64,000 nucleotides of DNA from Candidatus Dormiibacterota bacterium. Lineage in GTDB: Bacteria > Chloroflexota > Dormibacteria > Aeolococcales > Aeolococcaceae. Below, piece by piece: positions 20,999-32,941 of the stretch. Position 1 is the stretch's first letter. Each line of letters starts with the position of its first letter. The stretch lies in the NCBI GenBank assembly GCA_963709585.1, contig CAVPXI010000021.1, positions 1 through 64,000 on the forward strand, written 5' to 3'. The notes below the pieces were generated by a model that saw only the letters and a program-made list of their open reading frames with translations, had not been told where the DNA came from and made no database searches. The position numbers and the translations under genes were made by a program.

Positions 20999-22678
20999 AT
21001 GCCTGATACGGCGTCTGCACGACCCAGCTCGGTGATGCTGCACGGTCCCGATCGCGCGCCCGCGCGAGCGATGCTGCGCGCGATCGGCTTCAGCCGCGAG
21101 GACCTGGAACGGCCGATCATCGGCGTCGGCCATTCCTGGATCGAGACCATGCCGTGCAACTGGAACCACCGTGCCCTCGCCGAGAAGGTGAAGGAGGGGG
21201 TCCGCGCGGCGGGCGGCACGCCGATGGAGTTCAACACCATCGCGGTCAGCGACGGCGTGACCATGGGGACCCAGGGGATGAAGGCTTCGCTCGTGTCCCG
21301 CGAGGTGATCGCCGACTCCATCGAACTCGTGACCCGGGGTCACAGCTTCGACGGGCTCGTGCTCATCGTCGGCTGCGACAAGACCATCCCGGCAGCAGCG
21401 ATGGCGCTGTGCCGTCTGGATATCCCGGGCCTTGTGCTCTACGGCGGCACGATCCAGCCGGGGCGGCTGCGCGATCGTGACCTCACCATCCAGGACGTCT
21501 TCGAAGCGGTCGGCGCGTACAATGCCGGCCGGATCGACGCTGCCGAGCTGCGCGCGGTCGAGGAGCATGCCTGCCCGGGTGCCGGTGCCTGTGCCGGTCA
21601 GTACACAGCCAACACTATGAGCACCGCGCTCGAGTTTCTCGGACTCTCGCCTGCCGGTGCCAACGCCGTTCCGGCGACCCACCCCGATAAGCCGGCTGTC
21701 GCGGAGGCAGCCGGGCGCCTCGCAGTCCGGCTCGTCGAGGACGGGGTCAAGGCGCGCTCGATCGTCACTCGCGGCGCGTTCGAGAACGCGGTCGCGTCGT
21801 TCTCGGCCACGGGTGGCTCCACCAACGCCGTGCTTCACCTCCTCGCCATCGCGGCCGAAGCAGGCATCCAGCTCGAGATCGACGACTTCGAGATCATCTG
21901 CGCGCGAACGCCGATCCTCGCCGACCTCCGCCCGGGCGGACGCTTCGTGGCGACCGACGTGTTCGCGGCCGGAGGGCTCGGCGTGCTCATGCAGCAACTC
22001 CTCGAGCTGGGGCTGCTGCACGGGGACGCGAAAACAGTCGATGGACGGACCATCGCCGAGGTCGCCGCCGCCGCGACCGAAATCGCGGGCCAGCAGGTGA
22101 TTCGCGCGGCCGACTCGCCGCTCCGTAAACACGGTGGCATCGCGGTGCTGCGCGGCAACCTCGCCGCCGACGGGTGCGTGGTCAAGCTCGCAGGCAACGA
22201 TCGCGAGCAGCATCGCGGTCCGGCGCGGGTCTTCGACTCGGAGGAAGAGGCGTTCGCCTCGGTTCGTGATGGTGCTGTGCACGCCGGCGATGTGGTCGTG
22301 ATCCGCTACGAGGGGCCGGTGGGCGGCCCGGGCATGCGCGAGATGCTCGGTGTCACCGGCGCCATCGTGGGAGCCGGCCTCAGCGATTCGGTGGCGCTGA
22401 TTACCGACGGCCGGTTCTCAGGGGCGACGCACGGGTTCATGGTCGCGCACATTGCTCCTGAGGCAGCGCTCGGTGGCGCGCTCGCCGCGGTGCGAGACGG
22501 GGACATCGTCAGCATCGACGCGGTTGCGCATCGCATCGACGTGGAGCTGGATGATGCCGAGATTGCCACGCGCCTCGCGACGTGGAAGCCGCCGGCACCG
22601 CGCTACAAGACTGGAGTGTTCGCCAAGTACGCCGCCACGGTGTCGTCGGCGAGCCTCGGAGCGGTTACGGGGCGCTGA
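20999..22678 (+). CDS. ilvD: Dihydroxy-acid dehydratase
   Basis: 'PCNWNH', 'GCDKTIP', '[10 protein letters not shown]', '[10 protein letters not shown]', 'TDGRFSG'; TATGCT 7 nt before ATG 20999. Confidence 0.96.
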   Translation: MPDTASARPSSVMLHGPDRAPARAMLRAIGFSREDLERPIIGVGHSWIETMPCNWNHRALAEKVKEGVRAAGGTPMEFNTIAVSDGVTMGTQGMKASLVSREVIADSIELVTRGHSFDGLVLIVGCDKTIPAAAMALCRLDIPGLVLYGGTIQPGRLRDRDLTIQDVFEAVGAYNAGRIDAAELRAVEEHACPGAGACAGQYTANTMSTALEFLGLSPAGANAVPATHPDKPAVAEAAGRLAVRLVEDGVKARSIVTRGAFENAVASFSATGGSTNAVLHLLAIAAEAGIQLEIDDFEIICARTPILADLRPGGRFVATDVFAAGGLGVLMQQLLELGLLHGDAKTVDGRTIAEVAAAATEIAGQQVIRAADSPLRKHGGIAVLRGNLAADGCVVKLAGNDREQHRGPARVFDSEEEAFASVRDGAVHAGDVVVIRYEGPVGGPGMREMLGVTGAIVGAGLSDSVALITDGRFSGATHGFMVAHIAPEAALGGALAAVRDGDIVSIDAVAHRIDVELDDAEIATRLATWKPPAPRYKTGVFAKYAATVSSASLGAVTGR

Positions 22679-23225
22679 CCCCGATCTTCCCGACGGCCCC
22701 GCGCAGTCCACGGCATCCGACACAGCCGGTGCAGTCGACGCAGTCCGAACACGCGACACATGCGATGCATCGGGTGCAGCGGATGCAGCCGGCTGTGAGC
22801 ACGCAGCGCCTGATGGCGGCGCTGAAGAAGGTCAGCGCGCTGCCCGCCACCGCGGCGCTGCCGACCGTCACCGCGCTCCGGATCACTGCCGCGCTGAATG
22901 CGGTCGCGGCGCTCCCGGCCACGGCCGCCGATCCGCGGGTGAGGGCCGAACCCGCCACCGCAGATGAGTAGGAGGTTGCGGCGGAACCGGCCACCGCGGT
23001 AGAGCGCCGGGTCGCGACGCTGCCGGCGACGGCCGCGCTCTCGACGGTGAGCGCGCTTCCGGTGACCGCGATGCTGTCGCGGGTCAGCACGGCGGCCGCC
23101 GCGTCTTCGTCATCGCGTTCTTGAGACAGCTCGCGGCGAAGTGCGATGAGACGGGTCGCCGTGATGGTCGCCAGCAGGCCGAGTCCGGCCGCGATCGCGA
23201 TCCGCCGTCTGCGTTCCGACGTCAT
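22665..23225 (-). CDS. Membrane-anchored repeat protein (8 x 12-aa Ser/Thr repeats, then a CxxC tract)
   Basis: N-terminal hydrophobic helix, regular xxSxAVxxSxxT repeats, 10 Cys at the C-terminus; TAAACT 7 nt before ATG. Confidence 0.75.
   Translation of the reverse strand: MTSERRRRIAIAAGLGLLATITATRLIALRRELSQERDDEDAAAAVLTRDSIAVTGSALTVESAAVAGSVATRRSTAVAGSAATSYSSAVAGSALTRGSAAVAGSAATAFSAAVIRSAVTVGSAAVAGSALTFFSAAIRRCVLTAGCIRCTRCIACVACSDCVDCTGCVGCRGLRGAVGKIGVSAP
22794..23081 (-). repeat. Eight degenerate 36-bp coding repeats
   Basis: [96 protein letters not shown]. Confidence 0.85.
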
Positions 23226-23292
23226 CCGAGGGAGTTTAGACATCCCGCGAGTGACCTGCCCGATGGCAGCCGGCCTTACCGCTCGATCTTCC

Positions 23293-24879
23293 CTAGGCCC
23301 GCTCGGACCCGACGCCCGCCTCAACCGGTGCAGCTCCGCCGAGGTCGGTCGCAACCCCCAGCCCCGATGGCTCGTCGACGGCGGGAATCCCTCCAGCCTT
23401 GGTGCGAAGCGGAACCTCCCTGATCAGCAGGGTCAGGAAGAAGGCGACCACCAGGATCGGTACTGCGGTGAGAAAGACGACATGGAGGGACTCCGACACT
23501 GCGTTGATGAGGCCCGTGTGGATCGCGTGAGGCAGAAGGGCGAGCTGGGCGGGGTTGCCCTCCAGCGACGCGGGATTGATCCCCGAATGCAGCGCGCTCG
23601 TGGGCAGGTCCTTCTTGAGGTTGCCTGCCAGCTGGTTGCTGAAGATCGCACCGAAGATCGCGACGCCGAATGATGCGCCCATCGAACGCAGGAAGGTCGC
23701 CGAGCTGGTGCCGACCCCGAGGTCTCGTTGCTCCACTGCGTTCTGGACGGCGATGACCAGAACCTGCATGACGCATCCGAGCCCGAGACCCAGCACCACC
23801 ATGTACATGGAGAGGACGAAGCGCGGCGTCTGCGGGTCGATGGTCGAGAGCAGGTAGACGCCGATGGCCGCCAGGGCCGTGCCGATGACCGGGAAGATCT
23901 TGTACCGCCCCGATCGGCTGATGATCTGACCGCTGGAGATCGATGCCACCAGCAGGCCGGCCATCAGCGGGAGGATGTTCAAGCCTGAGCTCGTCGCACT
24001 CGCGCCGTCCACCAGCTGCAGGAAGACGGGAAGGAACGTGATCGCCCCGAACATCGCGAACCCGATCACGAAACCAACGCCACTGGCGACGTTGAACACC
24101 TGGATGCGGAAGAGCCGGAAGGGGAGGATCGGCTCGGTGACCCGCCGCTCGACGACGACGAACCCCGCGAGCATGACGACGCCGATGATCCCGAGAGCGA
24201 AGATCGGCAGCGAGGCCCATGCGTATTGGGTGCCGCCCCAGGTGGTCATCAGGATGAGCGCCGAAGCGCCGGCGGCGAGGAAGAACGCCCCGAGCCAGTC
24301 GATGCTGTGCGAGATGCGCCGTGTCTGCGTCTTCAGGACGCTCGCGGTGACGAACAGCGCCACCGCGGCGATCGGGACGTTGATGTAGAAGATCCAGCGC
24401 CAGGACACGTCGTCGGTGAGGAATCCGCCGATGACCGGTCCGGCGACGCTGGCGAGCGCGAAGATGCCTCCCATCCACCCCTGGTACTTGCCGCGCTCCC
24501 GAGGTGGAACGACGTCACCGATGATCGCCTGGGCGCCGACCATCAGGCCGCCGGCTCCGATGCCCTGGACGGCGCGGAAGCCGATGAGCTCGATCATGTT
24601 CTGCGAAAGACCGGCGAGCATCGACCCGACGATGAAGATCACGATCGCCGCCTGGAACAGGGACTTGCGGCCGTAGAGGTCGCCCAGCTTTCCGTAGAGC
24701 GGAGTGGAGACGGTCGAGGCGAGAAGGTACGAGGTGACCACCCAGGAAAGCTGATTCAGTCCCCCGAGGTCGCCCACGATGGTCGGCAGCGAGGTGGAGA
24801 CGATCGTCTGATCCAGGGCGGCGAGGAGCATGCCCAGCATCAGGGCGCCGAGCACGGCGTAGATCTGGCGCTGCGTCAT
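23293..24879 (-). CDS. MFS drug efflux transporter, DHA2 (EmrB/QacA) family
   Basis: 'LAALDQTIV', '[10 protein letters not shown]', '[10 protein letters not shown]'; 14-TM pattern. Confidence 0.93.
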   Translation of the reverse strand: MTQRQIYAVLGALMLGMLLAALDQTIVSTSLPTIVGDLGGLNQLSWVVTSYLLASTVSTPLYGKLGDLYGRKSLFQAAIVIFIVGSMLAGLSQNMIELIGFRAVQGIGAGGLMVGAQAIIGDVVPPRERGKYQGWMGGIFALASVAGPVIGGFLTDDVSWRWIFYINVPIAAVALFVTASVLKTQTRRISHSIDWLGAFFLAAGASALILMTTWGGTQYAWASLPIFALGIIGVVMLAGFVVVERRVTEPILPFRLFRIQVFNVASGVGFVIGFAMFGAITFLPVFLQLVDGASATSSGLNILPLMAGLLVASISSGQIISRSGRYKIFPVIGTALAAIGVYLLSTIDPQTPRFVLSMYMVVLGLGLGCVMQVLVIAVQNAVEQRDLGVGTSSATFLRSMGASFGVAIFGAIFSNQLAGNLKKDLPTSALHSGINPASLEGNPAQLALLPHAIHTGLINAVSESLHVVFLTAVPILVVAFFLTLLIREVPLRTKAGGIPAVDEPSGLGVATDLGGAAPVEAGVGSERA

Positions 24880-25358
24880 GCTGTGGCTCTCCGCAGGTGG
24901 TCCCCGGCGGCGTCGTCCACGGTCGCGGCGATGCGCTCGGTCAGATCGACATACGTCCGAAGCTCATCGTCATCCAGAGCATTGAACACCTCGGCCGATG
25001 CTCGGCGCATGCCGGCTTTGAAATGTGCGGCGAGTTCCTTTGCACGCTCGGTCGGAACAACGTGTTGCACCCTCCGATCACGAGCGTCACGCACGCGGGT
25101 CACCAGCCCGCGGCGCTCGAGCCGATCGATCAGCTGGGTGGCGCCGCTCAGCCCGATGCCCTGTGCCTCCGCGACCTCGCGCATGCTCATCCCATCGCCG
25201 AGCAGGAGGCGGAGAACGACCTCCATCTGGTGAAACGTCGTGGTGCCAAGCTCGGCGAACTCCGACTGCAGGCTCGGTGAGACCACCTCGAGGAACCGGC
25301 GTCTCAACATCGTCTGAGCTGTGATCAGACGTTCGAGCAGGAGGGTGCGGTCCTTCAT
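24876..25358 (-). CDS. MarR family transcriptional regulator
   Basis: wHTH '[16 protein letters not shown]...DRR'; coupled to the DHA2 pump. Confidence 0.9.
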   Translation of the reverse strand: MKDRTLLLERLITAQTMLRRRFLEVVSPSLQSEFAELGTTTFHQMEVVLRLLLGDGMSMREVAEAQGIGLSGATQLIDRLERRGLVTRVRDARDRRVQHVVPTERAKELAAHFKAGMRRASAEVFNALDDDELRTYVDLTERIAATVDDAAGDHLRRATA

Positions 25359-25367
25359 GTCAGAGAT

Positions 25368-25387
25368 AATACATCACGTGAAGTATT
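25368..25387. promoter_or_regulatory. Palindromic operator, probably MarR
   Basis: AATACATCACGTGAAGTATT (one mismatched pair) overlaps the TATTAT -10 of marR. Confidence 0.7.
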
Positions 25388-25489
25388 TGTCCAGCGCTTC
25401 AGCGGCGCGCGGCGATCGGGTATAAGTCGGAGGTTGAAACAGGCGGCTTTGCGACAGGATCGAGAAGCCGGTGCGGGAGGCAGCGAATC

Positions 25490-25840
25490 ATGGGAAGCCC
25501 GATCGTTCACTTCGAGCTCATCGGCAAGGATGCCGCCAAGCTCAAGAAGTTCTACGCTCAACTCTTCGACTGGAAGATCGGTGAGTTGATGCCCGACATG
25601 GGCAACTACGCACTCATCGACCCGGAGTTCAGCGGCCTGGCCGGCGGGATCGGGCAGTCGGATGACGGTCAGCCGCGTTCGAGCGTCTACGCGCAGGTGG
25701 CGGACCTTCAGGCCACGCTCGACCAGGCTGTTGCCCTGGGTGGCACCGTGGTGATGCCGCCGACCGAGATCCCGGGCGCGGTCACGATGGCGATGTTCAC
25801 CGACCCGGGCGGGAACGTCTTCGGTCTGATCAAAGGCTGA
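25490..25840 (+). CDS. VOC/glyoxalase family protein
   Basis: 'IVHFEL', 'FYAQLFDW', 'FTDPGGNVFGL'. Confidence 0.88.
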   Translation: MGSPIVHFELIGKDAAKLKKFYAQLFDWKIGELMPDMGNYALIDPEFSGLAGGIGQSDDGQPRSSVYAQVADLQATLDQAVALGGTVVMPPTEIPGAVTMAMFTDPGGNVFGLIKG

Positions 25841-25909
25841 AGGCAGCGGCTCACCGATGAGGCGCGTGGCGGCCGCGCGCCGGCACGACGTAGTCGCCTT
25901 CCCGTCAAG

Positions 25910-27379
<1,470 letters not shown>

Positions 27380-27459
27380 CCCGCGCCGGGGCGAGTTTTC
27401 CACACCCACACGAGCGGCGCGTCTCTGCGCCAAGCTGAGATCTCGCCAGTTATCCACAG

Positions 27460-27482
27460 GTCGCTGGGGAAATCCCAGCGAC
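27460..27482. terminator. Hairpin between convergent genes
   Basis: GTCGCTGGG-GAAAT-CCCAGCGAC. Confidence 0.45.
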
Positions 27483-27484
27483 GG

Positions 27485-28174
27485 CTATGGCGTCGGCACG
27501 GTCACGTCGCCGTTCTGGTCGAGGAGCTGCTGCCACGTCTCGAATGACATGCAGAACCTGCCGCCGACACCGTAACCGGTGCCCCAACTGTTCCAGAACC
27601 AGACGAGCCTGTTCGGAGCGTCGATCTGATCGGCCACCACCTCGTGGCCACCTCGGACCGTAGCGCCTGGGGCAATCGCCACGAGGCCGTCCGCCGCCGG
27701 GGCGTCGAAGCTCGTGTACCAGCTGATCCCGGTGATGACCGGCCTGAGCACCAGGGCGAGGAGCGCATTCTCGAGGCCGAACGCGTGCTGGTATGACGAG
27801 ATCCAGCCGAGCTGCACGGCCGCCTTGCACACCTCCAGACCGCTGCCGCCCGGATCGTTGGGAGGGTACGGGTCGCCTTCGAGCTTGGTTTCGAGCTCGT
27901 AGAGGGTGATCGCGTCTGTCTCGGTGCGTGGCGAGCCGCCGCCCTTGAAGTCCGGCGCCGAGTTGAGTGCCCCGCAGAGCGCGTTGGCGGTGCAGGATCC
28001 GATGTCGCCCTGGTTGAGCGGCAGGCCCGTCGCGCTGTGCACGACGCTGGTGATCGCCGGTGCGCCGGCCGCCGGAAAGTTGCGCGAACGGGGGTCGTGG
28101 ACGATGTGCCGTCCGAGCCGCTTGCCCGGCGTCACCTGCTCAGGAATCACCGATCGCAGCACGTCGTCGTTCAC
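27485..28174 (-). CDS. Papain-like (C1-type) cysteine peptidase
   Basis: 'NQGDIGSCTANA' (Gln, Cys), 'GGHEV' (His), 'NSWG' (Asn); GGAGG before GTG 28174. Confidence 0.8.
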   Translation of the reverse strand: MNDDVLRSVIPEQVTPGKRLGRHIVHDPRSRNFPAAGAPAITSVVHSATGLPLNQGDIGSCTANALCGALNSAPDFKGGGSPRTETDAITLYELETKLEGDPYPPNDPGGSGLEVCKAAVQLGWISSYQHAFGLENALLALVLRPVITGISWYTSFDAPAADGLVAIAPGATVRGGHEVVADQIDAPNRLVWFWNSWGTGYGVGGRFCMSFETWQQLLDQNGDVTVPTP

Positions 28175-28311
28175 TGCAGAATTCCTCCAGTCCGGCGGTC
28201 TTGGGGCGAACGGCGCCGCGGGGTGCACGTCCGGGCCTCAATCTTCGGTCGGTGCCCAATAGGTGTCAATTTGGCGCGGACCGGTGCGCCGGTGATGCGA
28301 GACTTCCGGCC

Positions 28312-29031
28312 ATGGACGTCGACCAGCAGATCGAACGGATCCGCGCCGACGGTGAGGCGCTGGCGCGCGCCGCGGACGCGGGCCCCCTGGATGCGTCCGT
28401 GCCCGGTTGCCCGGACTGGGACGCCGAGCTGCTGGTGCGTCATGTCGGTGACGTGCATCGCTGGGCGGCGACGATCGTTCGCGAACGGCTGACCCAACGC
28501 CTCCAGCGCGACTTCGAGGCCCCCGGCGGCCGCGACGAGCTGCTGGCCTGGTACCGCGAGGGGTGCCACGCGCTGCTTGACACGCTCGAGGCGGCGTCCC
28601 CCGAGGATGCCTTCTGGTTCTGGGGCCCCGCGCCCAACGCGCTCGCTTTCTGGGCACGCCGTCAAGCAAACGAGACCGCGGTGCACCGGCGCGACGCCGA
28701 GGCCGCACGTGGCGCGGTCACGCCGCTGACCACGGTGGACGCGCTCGACGCCCTCGACGAATGGTTCGGCCTGGCCGTGCGCCGTGCGCGAGCGCCCGAT
28801 GGTGGCGGCCGCATCCTGCGCATCGTGGCCACCGACGCCAACGCGACCTGGAACCTGATCATCGGTGATCGCGTCGAGATGACCAGCGACCGGGGGAGAG
28901 GCCATTGTGAGTTGCGCGGAACGGGATCGGACCTGTACCTCTGGTCGATGAACCGGCGCGGGACCGACGGGATCAGCGTTTCCGGCGACGACAGCCTCGT
29001 GCGCGTTTGGGCCGATAATGTCCGATTCTGA
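28312..29031 (+). CDS. Maleylpyruvate isomerase (MDMPI/DinB-like) family protein
   Basis: 'VPGCPDW...LVRHVGDVHRW', 'RRQANETAVHRRD'. Confidence 0.85.
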   Translation: MDVDQQIERIRADGEALARAADAGPLDASVPGCPDWDAELLVRHVGDVHRWAATIVRERLTQRLQRDFEAPGGRDELLAWYREGCHALLDTLEAASPEDAFWFWGPAPNALAFWARRQANETAVHRRDAEAARGAVTPLTTVDALDALDEWFGLAVRRARAPDGGGRILRIVATDANATWNLIIGDRVEMTSDRGRGHCELRGTGSDLYLWSMNRRGTDGISVSGDDSLVRVWADNVRF

Positions 29032-29614
29032 AGGCGTGTCTGTGGAAGCGCTCGTCCCGAGCCCGGGCGAGGTGCGCATCCGAGCCGCCACCATCGGAGA
29101 ACCGCAACGCGTCGACGGGACCATCGAGCTGCGCCCGTATGACAACTCGTGGCCACGACTGTATGCGGCCGAGGCGGAGCGAGTCGTCGGCGTCCTCGGC
29201 AGCCGGGTGCTCCTCCTCGAGCACGTGGGGTCCACGGCTGTGCCGGGACTGCCCGCCAAGCCGATCGTCGACATGCTCCTGGTGATCGCCAACTCATCGG
29301 CCGAGCAGGACTACGTCCCGCCGATGGAGGGTGCCGGGTATGTCCTTCGCATTCGCGAGCCCGACTGGTACGAACACCGGCTCCTCAAAGGGCCGCGCGC
29401 CGACATCAACCTCCATGTTTTCTCTGCCGGCTGTGTCGAGATCGAGAGGATGCTCCGGTTTCGCGACCACCTCCGATCCAACCCCTCGGATCGCGACCTC
29501 TACGCACGCACCAAGCGCGCGCTGGCGGCCCGGCGGTGGAACTACGTGCAGGAGTACGCCGACGCCAAAACCGAGGTGGTGGAAGCGATCATCGCTCGTG
29601 CGGGGAAAGCGTGA
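29018..29614 (+). CDS. GrpB/UPF0157 family nucleotidyltransferase-fold protein
   Basis: 'EHVGSTAVPGLPAKPIVD', 'FRDHLR', 'YADAK'. Confidence 0.9.
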   Translation: MSDSEGVSVEALVPSPGEVRIRAATIGEPQRVDGTIELRPYDNSWPRLYAAEAERVVGVLGSRVLLLEHVGSTAVPGLPAKPIVDMLLVIANSSAEQDYVPPMEGAGYVLRIREPDWYEHRLLKGPRADINLHVFSAGCVEIERMLRFRDHLRSNPSDRDLYARTKRALAARRWNYVQEYADAKTEVVEAIIARAGKA

Positions 29615-30155
29615 TGCGCGATGCCGCAGTCGAGGCCGGCGCCTCGTAGAGGCCGTACCGAGTTCCGTCGATGACCGTCTCGTCAACGGCGACGAAACCG
29701 AAGCGTTCGTAATACCGGCGGATGCCGGGATTCTCCGCAAGGCAATCGAGACGGACGAACGATCGTCCACGCCGCTGAGCCTCCTGCAGACACCATGCAA
29801 CCACGTGACGCCCAGAACCGGCCGCCGCGCGCCGGACCGCGAATCTGTGCAGATACAGCGCTTCGTCGCCGGCGCCCGGCCAGAAGATGGGATCGTGTTC
29901 GAGCAGCGAGAACGTTGCCACCGCACTTTCGCCTCGCCACACAAGGTAGAGGCTGCCGGCGGCGATATCGCCGCGGAGTCGGGACATCCCGACGCTTTCC
30001 GATCCGGTGAATGAACCGGGAATCCAGCTTGGGAATCCTTCCGACGCGCCCCAGGCGGCCACCTCTTCGATGATCGCCGCGCTGGTCTCCGCGTCACCGG
30101 AGGTCGCACGCCGAATCTCGACGTCGGTCTGCGGTTCACCGAGCCCGGAGATCAC
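29589..30155 (-). CDS. GNAT family N-acetyltransferase
   Basis: 'YLHRFAVRR', 'VRLDCLAEN', 'YYERFGF'; GTG overlaps upstream stop. Confidence 0.85.
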   Translation of the reverse strand: MISGLGEPQTDVEIRRATSGDAETSAAIIEEVAAWGASEGFPSWIPGSFTGSESVGMSRLRGDIAAGSLYLVWRGESAVATFSLLEHDPIFWPGAGDEALYLHRFAVRRAAAGSGRHVVAWCLQEAQRRGRSFVRLDCLAENPGIRRYYERFGFVAVDETVIDGTRYGLYEAPASTAASRITLSPHER

Positions 30156-31306
30156 GTTTCGCGGGTGGACCGGCGTTTCTCGGTGAGCTTGCGAATCCTC
30201 TGCATCTCCGCAGACGGCTCGCGGTGGGGTGGACGCTCCGGGGGTTGCAGCCTCGGGGGGAGATTCCTGCGTGGACCCGCCCACAGCGCCGGTGGCGCAT
30301 TGACGGCGTCGGCGATCCCGTAGGCCAGCGCCTCGTAATTCACGCGCCAACCGCGGAAGTGGATCCACGAGTTCTGGGCGCTCCGCTGCATCGTCCAGCC
30401 GACGTGCTCGAGGTGATGGATGGCATCCCGATAGTTGTCCTCGGTCAGCTGGATGGGATCGTTGGGTTTTGGGTCCGCGTCGAACTTCAGGCCGACCACG
30501 GTGGCGAGGTCACGCAAGCACATGTATCCCATGCGGAGAAAGGCGCGGGCCTCAGACGGTGCCAGGAGCGGCTGCGTTGCCAGGTGCATCGCGGCTGCAT
30601 CCAGCACCGCCAGCAACCCGATGACCCACGACCGGTAGGGGTGGGGTGAACGGAACCACAGGAGGACCGGGTACGAGGCATGGGTCTCGGCGACGTCGGC
30701 GGCCCACTCCTCCCAACGCTGATAGAGGCTTGCAAGGTTGTGGACGTTGTCGACCAATTCGCTGCGGGCGAGCAATTCGGGCCCCCAGGCAGGTGATCCC
30801 GCACGACTGTCGAGCATCGTGACCAGCACCTCACGCCGGTTGAAGGCACCGTAGAGCACGGGCAGATAGGCGATCTGCAGGGCGACGATTGTCAGCCCCG
30901 CCGCCGCCGCGCAGAACACGAGAAAACGCGGAGCCGCACCGGATTGTGCGGCGAATCCAAGGGTGAAGAGCGAGGACCCGCTCACCGTGATGGCGTGGAC
31001 GAGCCCGCCGGTGCGCATGAACGGCCAGAGCGTCAGCGCGAATCCGACGAGCAGCGCCGCCAGCCAGATTGCCAGGATGACGATGAGGTACAGAGGCGCC
31101 TGGAGGGCGAGAAAGCGGTCCCGTGCCTCGTACGTCTCGAATCGATGGGAGATGCGCGAGAAGAGCGTGATCATTCCTCGGCCGGCGTACTTCTGAATCC
31201 TCGACGACCCGAGCCGCGGCAGCACCAGCGAGGTCACCACGCTCATCAGCGTCGAGAGCACGATGAGCACCCCGACGGCGGCAGCGATCCACGTAACGAC
31301 CGTCAT
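30152..31306 (-). CDS. Membrane protein with potassium-channel-like pore segment and unknown C-terminal domain
   Basis: TM-'SGSSLFTLGF'-TM arrangement, then 'YLPVLYGAFNRRE', 'ETHASYPVL'. Confidence 0.65.
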   Translation of the reverse strand: MTVVTWIAAAVGVLIVLSTLMSVVTSLVLPRLGSSRIQKYAGRGMITLFSRISHRFETYEARDRFLALQAPLYLIVILAIWLAALLVGFALTLWPFMRTGGLVHAITVSGSSLFTLGFAAQSGAAPRFLVFCAAAAGLTIVALQIAYLPVLYGAFNRREVLVTMLDSRAGSPAWGPELLARSELVDNVHNLASLYQRWEEWAADVAETHASYPVLLWFRSPHPYRSWVIGLLAVLDAAAMHLATQPLLAPSEARAFLRMGYMCLRDLATVVGLKFDADPKPNDPIQLTEDNYRDAIHHLEHVGWTMQRSAQNSWIHFRGWRVNYEALAYGIADAVNAPPALWAGPRRNLPPRLQPPERPPHREPSAEMQRIRKLTEKRRSTRET

Positions 31307-31335
31307 CCCCGCATCATCGCCGAACGCAGGCGAGG

Positions 31336-31650
31336 CTACTCGATCTTGGTGATGTAGGAGCCGACGAGGGTCGCCTTCTGCTGATTGACTCCGCCCTCGC
31401 GTCGCGTCTCGTGTCCGTCCTGGAAGTGCGCGAAGGCGTCAGTCGACGAGATCGGGTTGACCTCGTCGTCGCCGTGGTCGTGGAACGAGACGTGGACGAA
31501 CGAGCCGTCCTCGAGGCGCAGGACGATGTAGCTCACGTTCCCCGGCTTGTTCGCATCGAGCTCGGCGAAGACGCCCTCCACCCGTCGCTGGTTCTCATCC
31601 GCCGCCTCGGCGGACTGTGTCGCGTAGCGCGTGACCAATCGCTTGTGCAT
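31336..31650 (-). CDS. Hypothetical protein, probable dimeric alpha-beta barrel
   Basis: AAGGAGAG RBS; 'TRY...ADENQRRVEGVFAEL', 'DGSFVH'. Confidence 0.7.
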   Translation of the reverse strand: MHKRLVTRYATQSAEAADENQRRVEGVFAELDANKPGNVSYIVLRLEDGSFVHVSFHDHGDDEVNPISSTDAFAHFQDGHETRREGGVNQQKATLVGSYITKIE

Positions 31651-31686
31651 CTGAGCTCTCCTTGTGCGTCTCGATAGACTACGCGA

Positions 31687-32082
31687 ATGGACTGGAAGAT
31701 CGAACTCGTCGCAATCCCCGTCACCGACGTCGACCGCGCCAAGGCGTTCTACGTCGAACAGGTTGGTTTCAATGCCGACCACGACTATCAAGTGAACGAA
31801 GCCCTGCGTTTCGTGCAGCTCACGCCACCCGGATCCGCCTGCTCGATCGTCATGGGCGAGGGGATCACCGACATGCCGCCCGGTTCGCAGCGCGGCGTGC
31901 AGATGGTCGTAGCCGACGCCACGGCTGCCCGAGAGGAGCTTTTGAGCCGCGGTGTCGCGGCGAGCGAGGTCGTCGTTCAACCGTGGGGCTCGTTCGTGAC
32001 CTTCAGCGACCCGGACGGCAACACCTGGTCTTTGCAACAGCTGCCGGCATGGTCTTCGCAGCAGCCCCCGGCGCGCCAGTAG
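31687..32082 (+). CDS. VOC/glyoxalase family protein
   Basis: 'PVTDVDRAKAFY', 'FSDPDGNTW'. Confidence 0.9.
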   Translation: MDWKIELVAIPVTDVDRAKAFYVEQVGFNADHDYQVNEALRFVQLTPPGSACSIVMGEGITDMPPGSQRGVQMVVADATAAREELLSRGVAASEVVVQPWGSFVTFSDPDGNTWSLQQLPAWSSQQPPARQ

Positions 32083-32097
32083 GGACGCCGACTCCGG

Positions 32098-32832
32098 TTA
32101 CCGAGCTGGCTGCGCGCGGGGGCCGCCGATGGAGATCCCGAAGGCCTCTTTCAGGATCAGCTTGATCATCTTCGGCTTCACCGCCACGGTCGCAACCGCC
32201 AGGGTCTTGCGGCGGAACTGAGGGCTGGCGGTCTGTTCCAGCATGCAGGCAGCCAGGTCGGCCCTCGACGTGAAGTGCTCGGGCAGAAAGCCTTCGGCGA
32301 GGCGGTACTCGGTGACCGTGGGGGTCTCGAAGAGGCCCGACGGACGGATGATCGTCCAGTCCAGGTCGCTGGCCATCACGAGCTGCTCCATCCTCAGCAG
32401 ATCCGCGTACATCGTCTTGCCGATGACGTTGGCAATGAACGGTTTGAGGACCTTTTCGAAAACGAAGCCGCCCCCGGTGTTCCGGGACCGCGTCACCGGA
32501 TCGGTGACGCTCGAGCTGACGCAGACCAGGCGGCGAACCTGCTGGTCGCGCATCGCCTGTACGATGTTCGCGACGCCGACCGAGTAGAGGGTGATCGGCT
32601 TGCGGCTGTACCTGGTGCCGAGGCTCGAGAGCACCGCATCCTGCCCTGCAACAGCCTGTCGCACCGCGGCGGGATCGAATGCGTCGCCCTGGACCACGTG
32701 CAGCCGCTCGTGACGAATCGGGAAGGCGTCGGCATGGCGCGTGAACGCCGTGACCGTGTGGCCGGCCTCGAGAGCCTGCTCGGTCAGGAGACGACCGGTC
32801 GAACCGTTGGCGCCGAAGATGACCAGTTTCAT
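32098..32832 (-). CDS. NAD(P)H-binding oxidoreductase (BVR-B/flavin reductase-like)
   Basis: 'IFGANGSTG', 'LDWTIIRP', 'SRADLA'. Confidence 0.88.
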   Translation of the reverse strand: MKLVIFGANGSTGRLLTEQALEAGHTVTAFTRHADAFPIRHERLHVVQGDAFDPAAVRQAVAGQDAVLSSLGTRYSRKPITLYSVGVANIVQAMRDQQVRRLVCVSSSVTDPVTRSRNTGGGFVFEKVLKPFIANVIGKTMYADLLRMEQLVMASDLDWTIIRPSGLFETPTVTEYRLAEGFLPEHFTSRADLAACMLEQTASPQFRRKTLAVATVAVKPKMIKLILKEAFGISIGGPRAQPAR

Positions 32833-32858
32833 GGGGGCCTCCGTGGGCGGATTTGCGA

Positions 32859-32919
32859 TCAATCAGTTGATTGAGGCAGGCTAGCACGCCGTCCACCACC
32901 GCGTCAATCAACTGATTGA
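32859..32919. promoter_or_regulatory. Two TetR-type operators
   Basis: TCAATCAGTTGATTGA (32859-32874) and TCAATCAACTGATTGA (32904-32919) between divergent genes. Confidence 0.8.
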
Positions 32920-32941
32920 GTGGTAAACTGAGGCTACCGAG

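Noticed and set aside
22794-23081. CRISPR array or non-coding repeat
   Set aside because: Repeats are degenerate, contiguous, codon-phased and lack spacers
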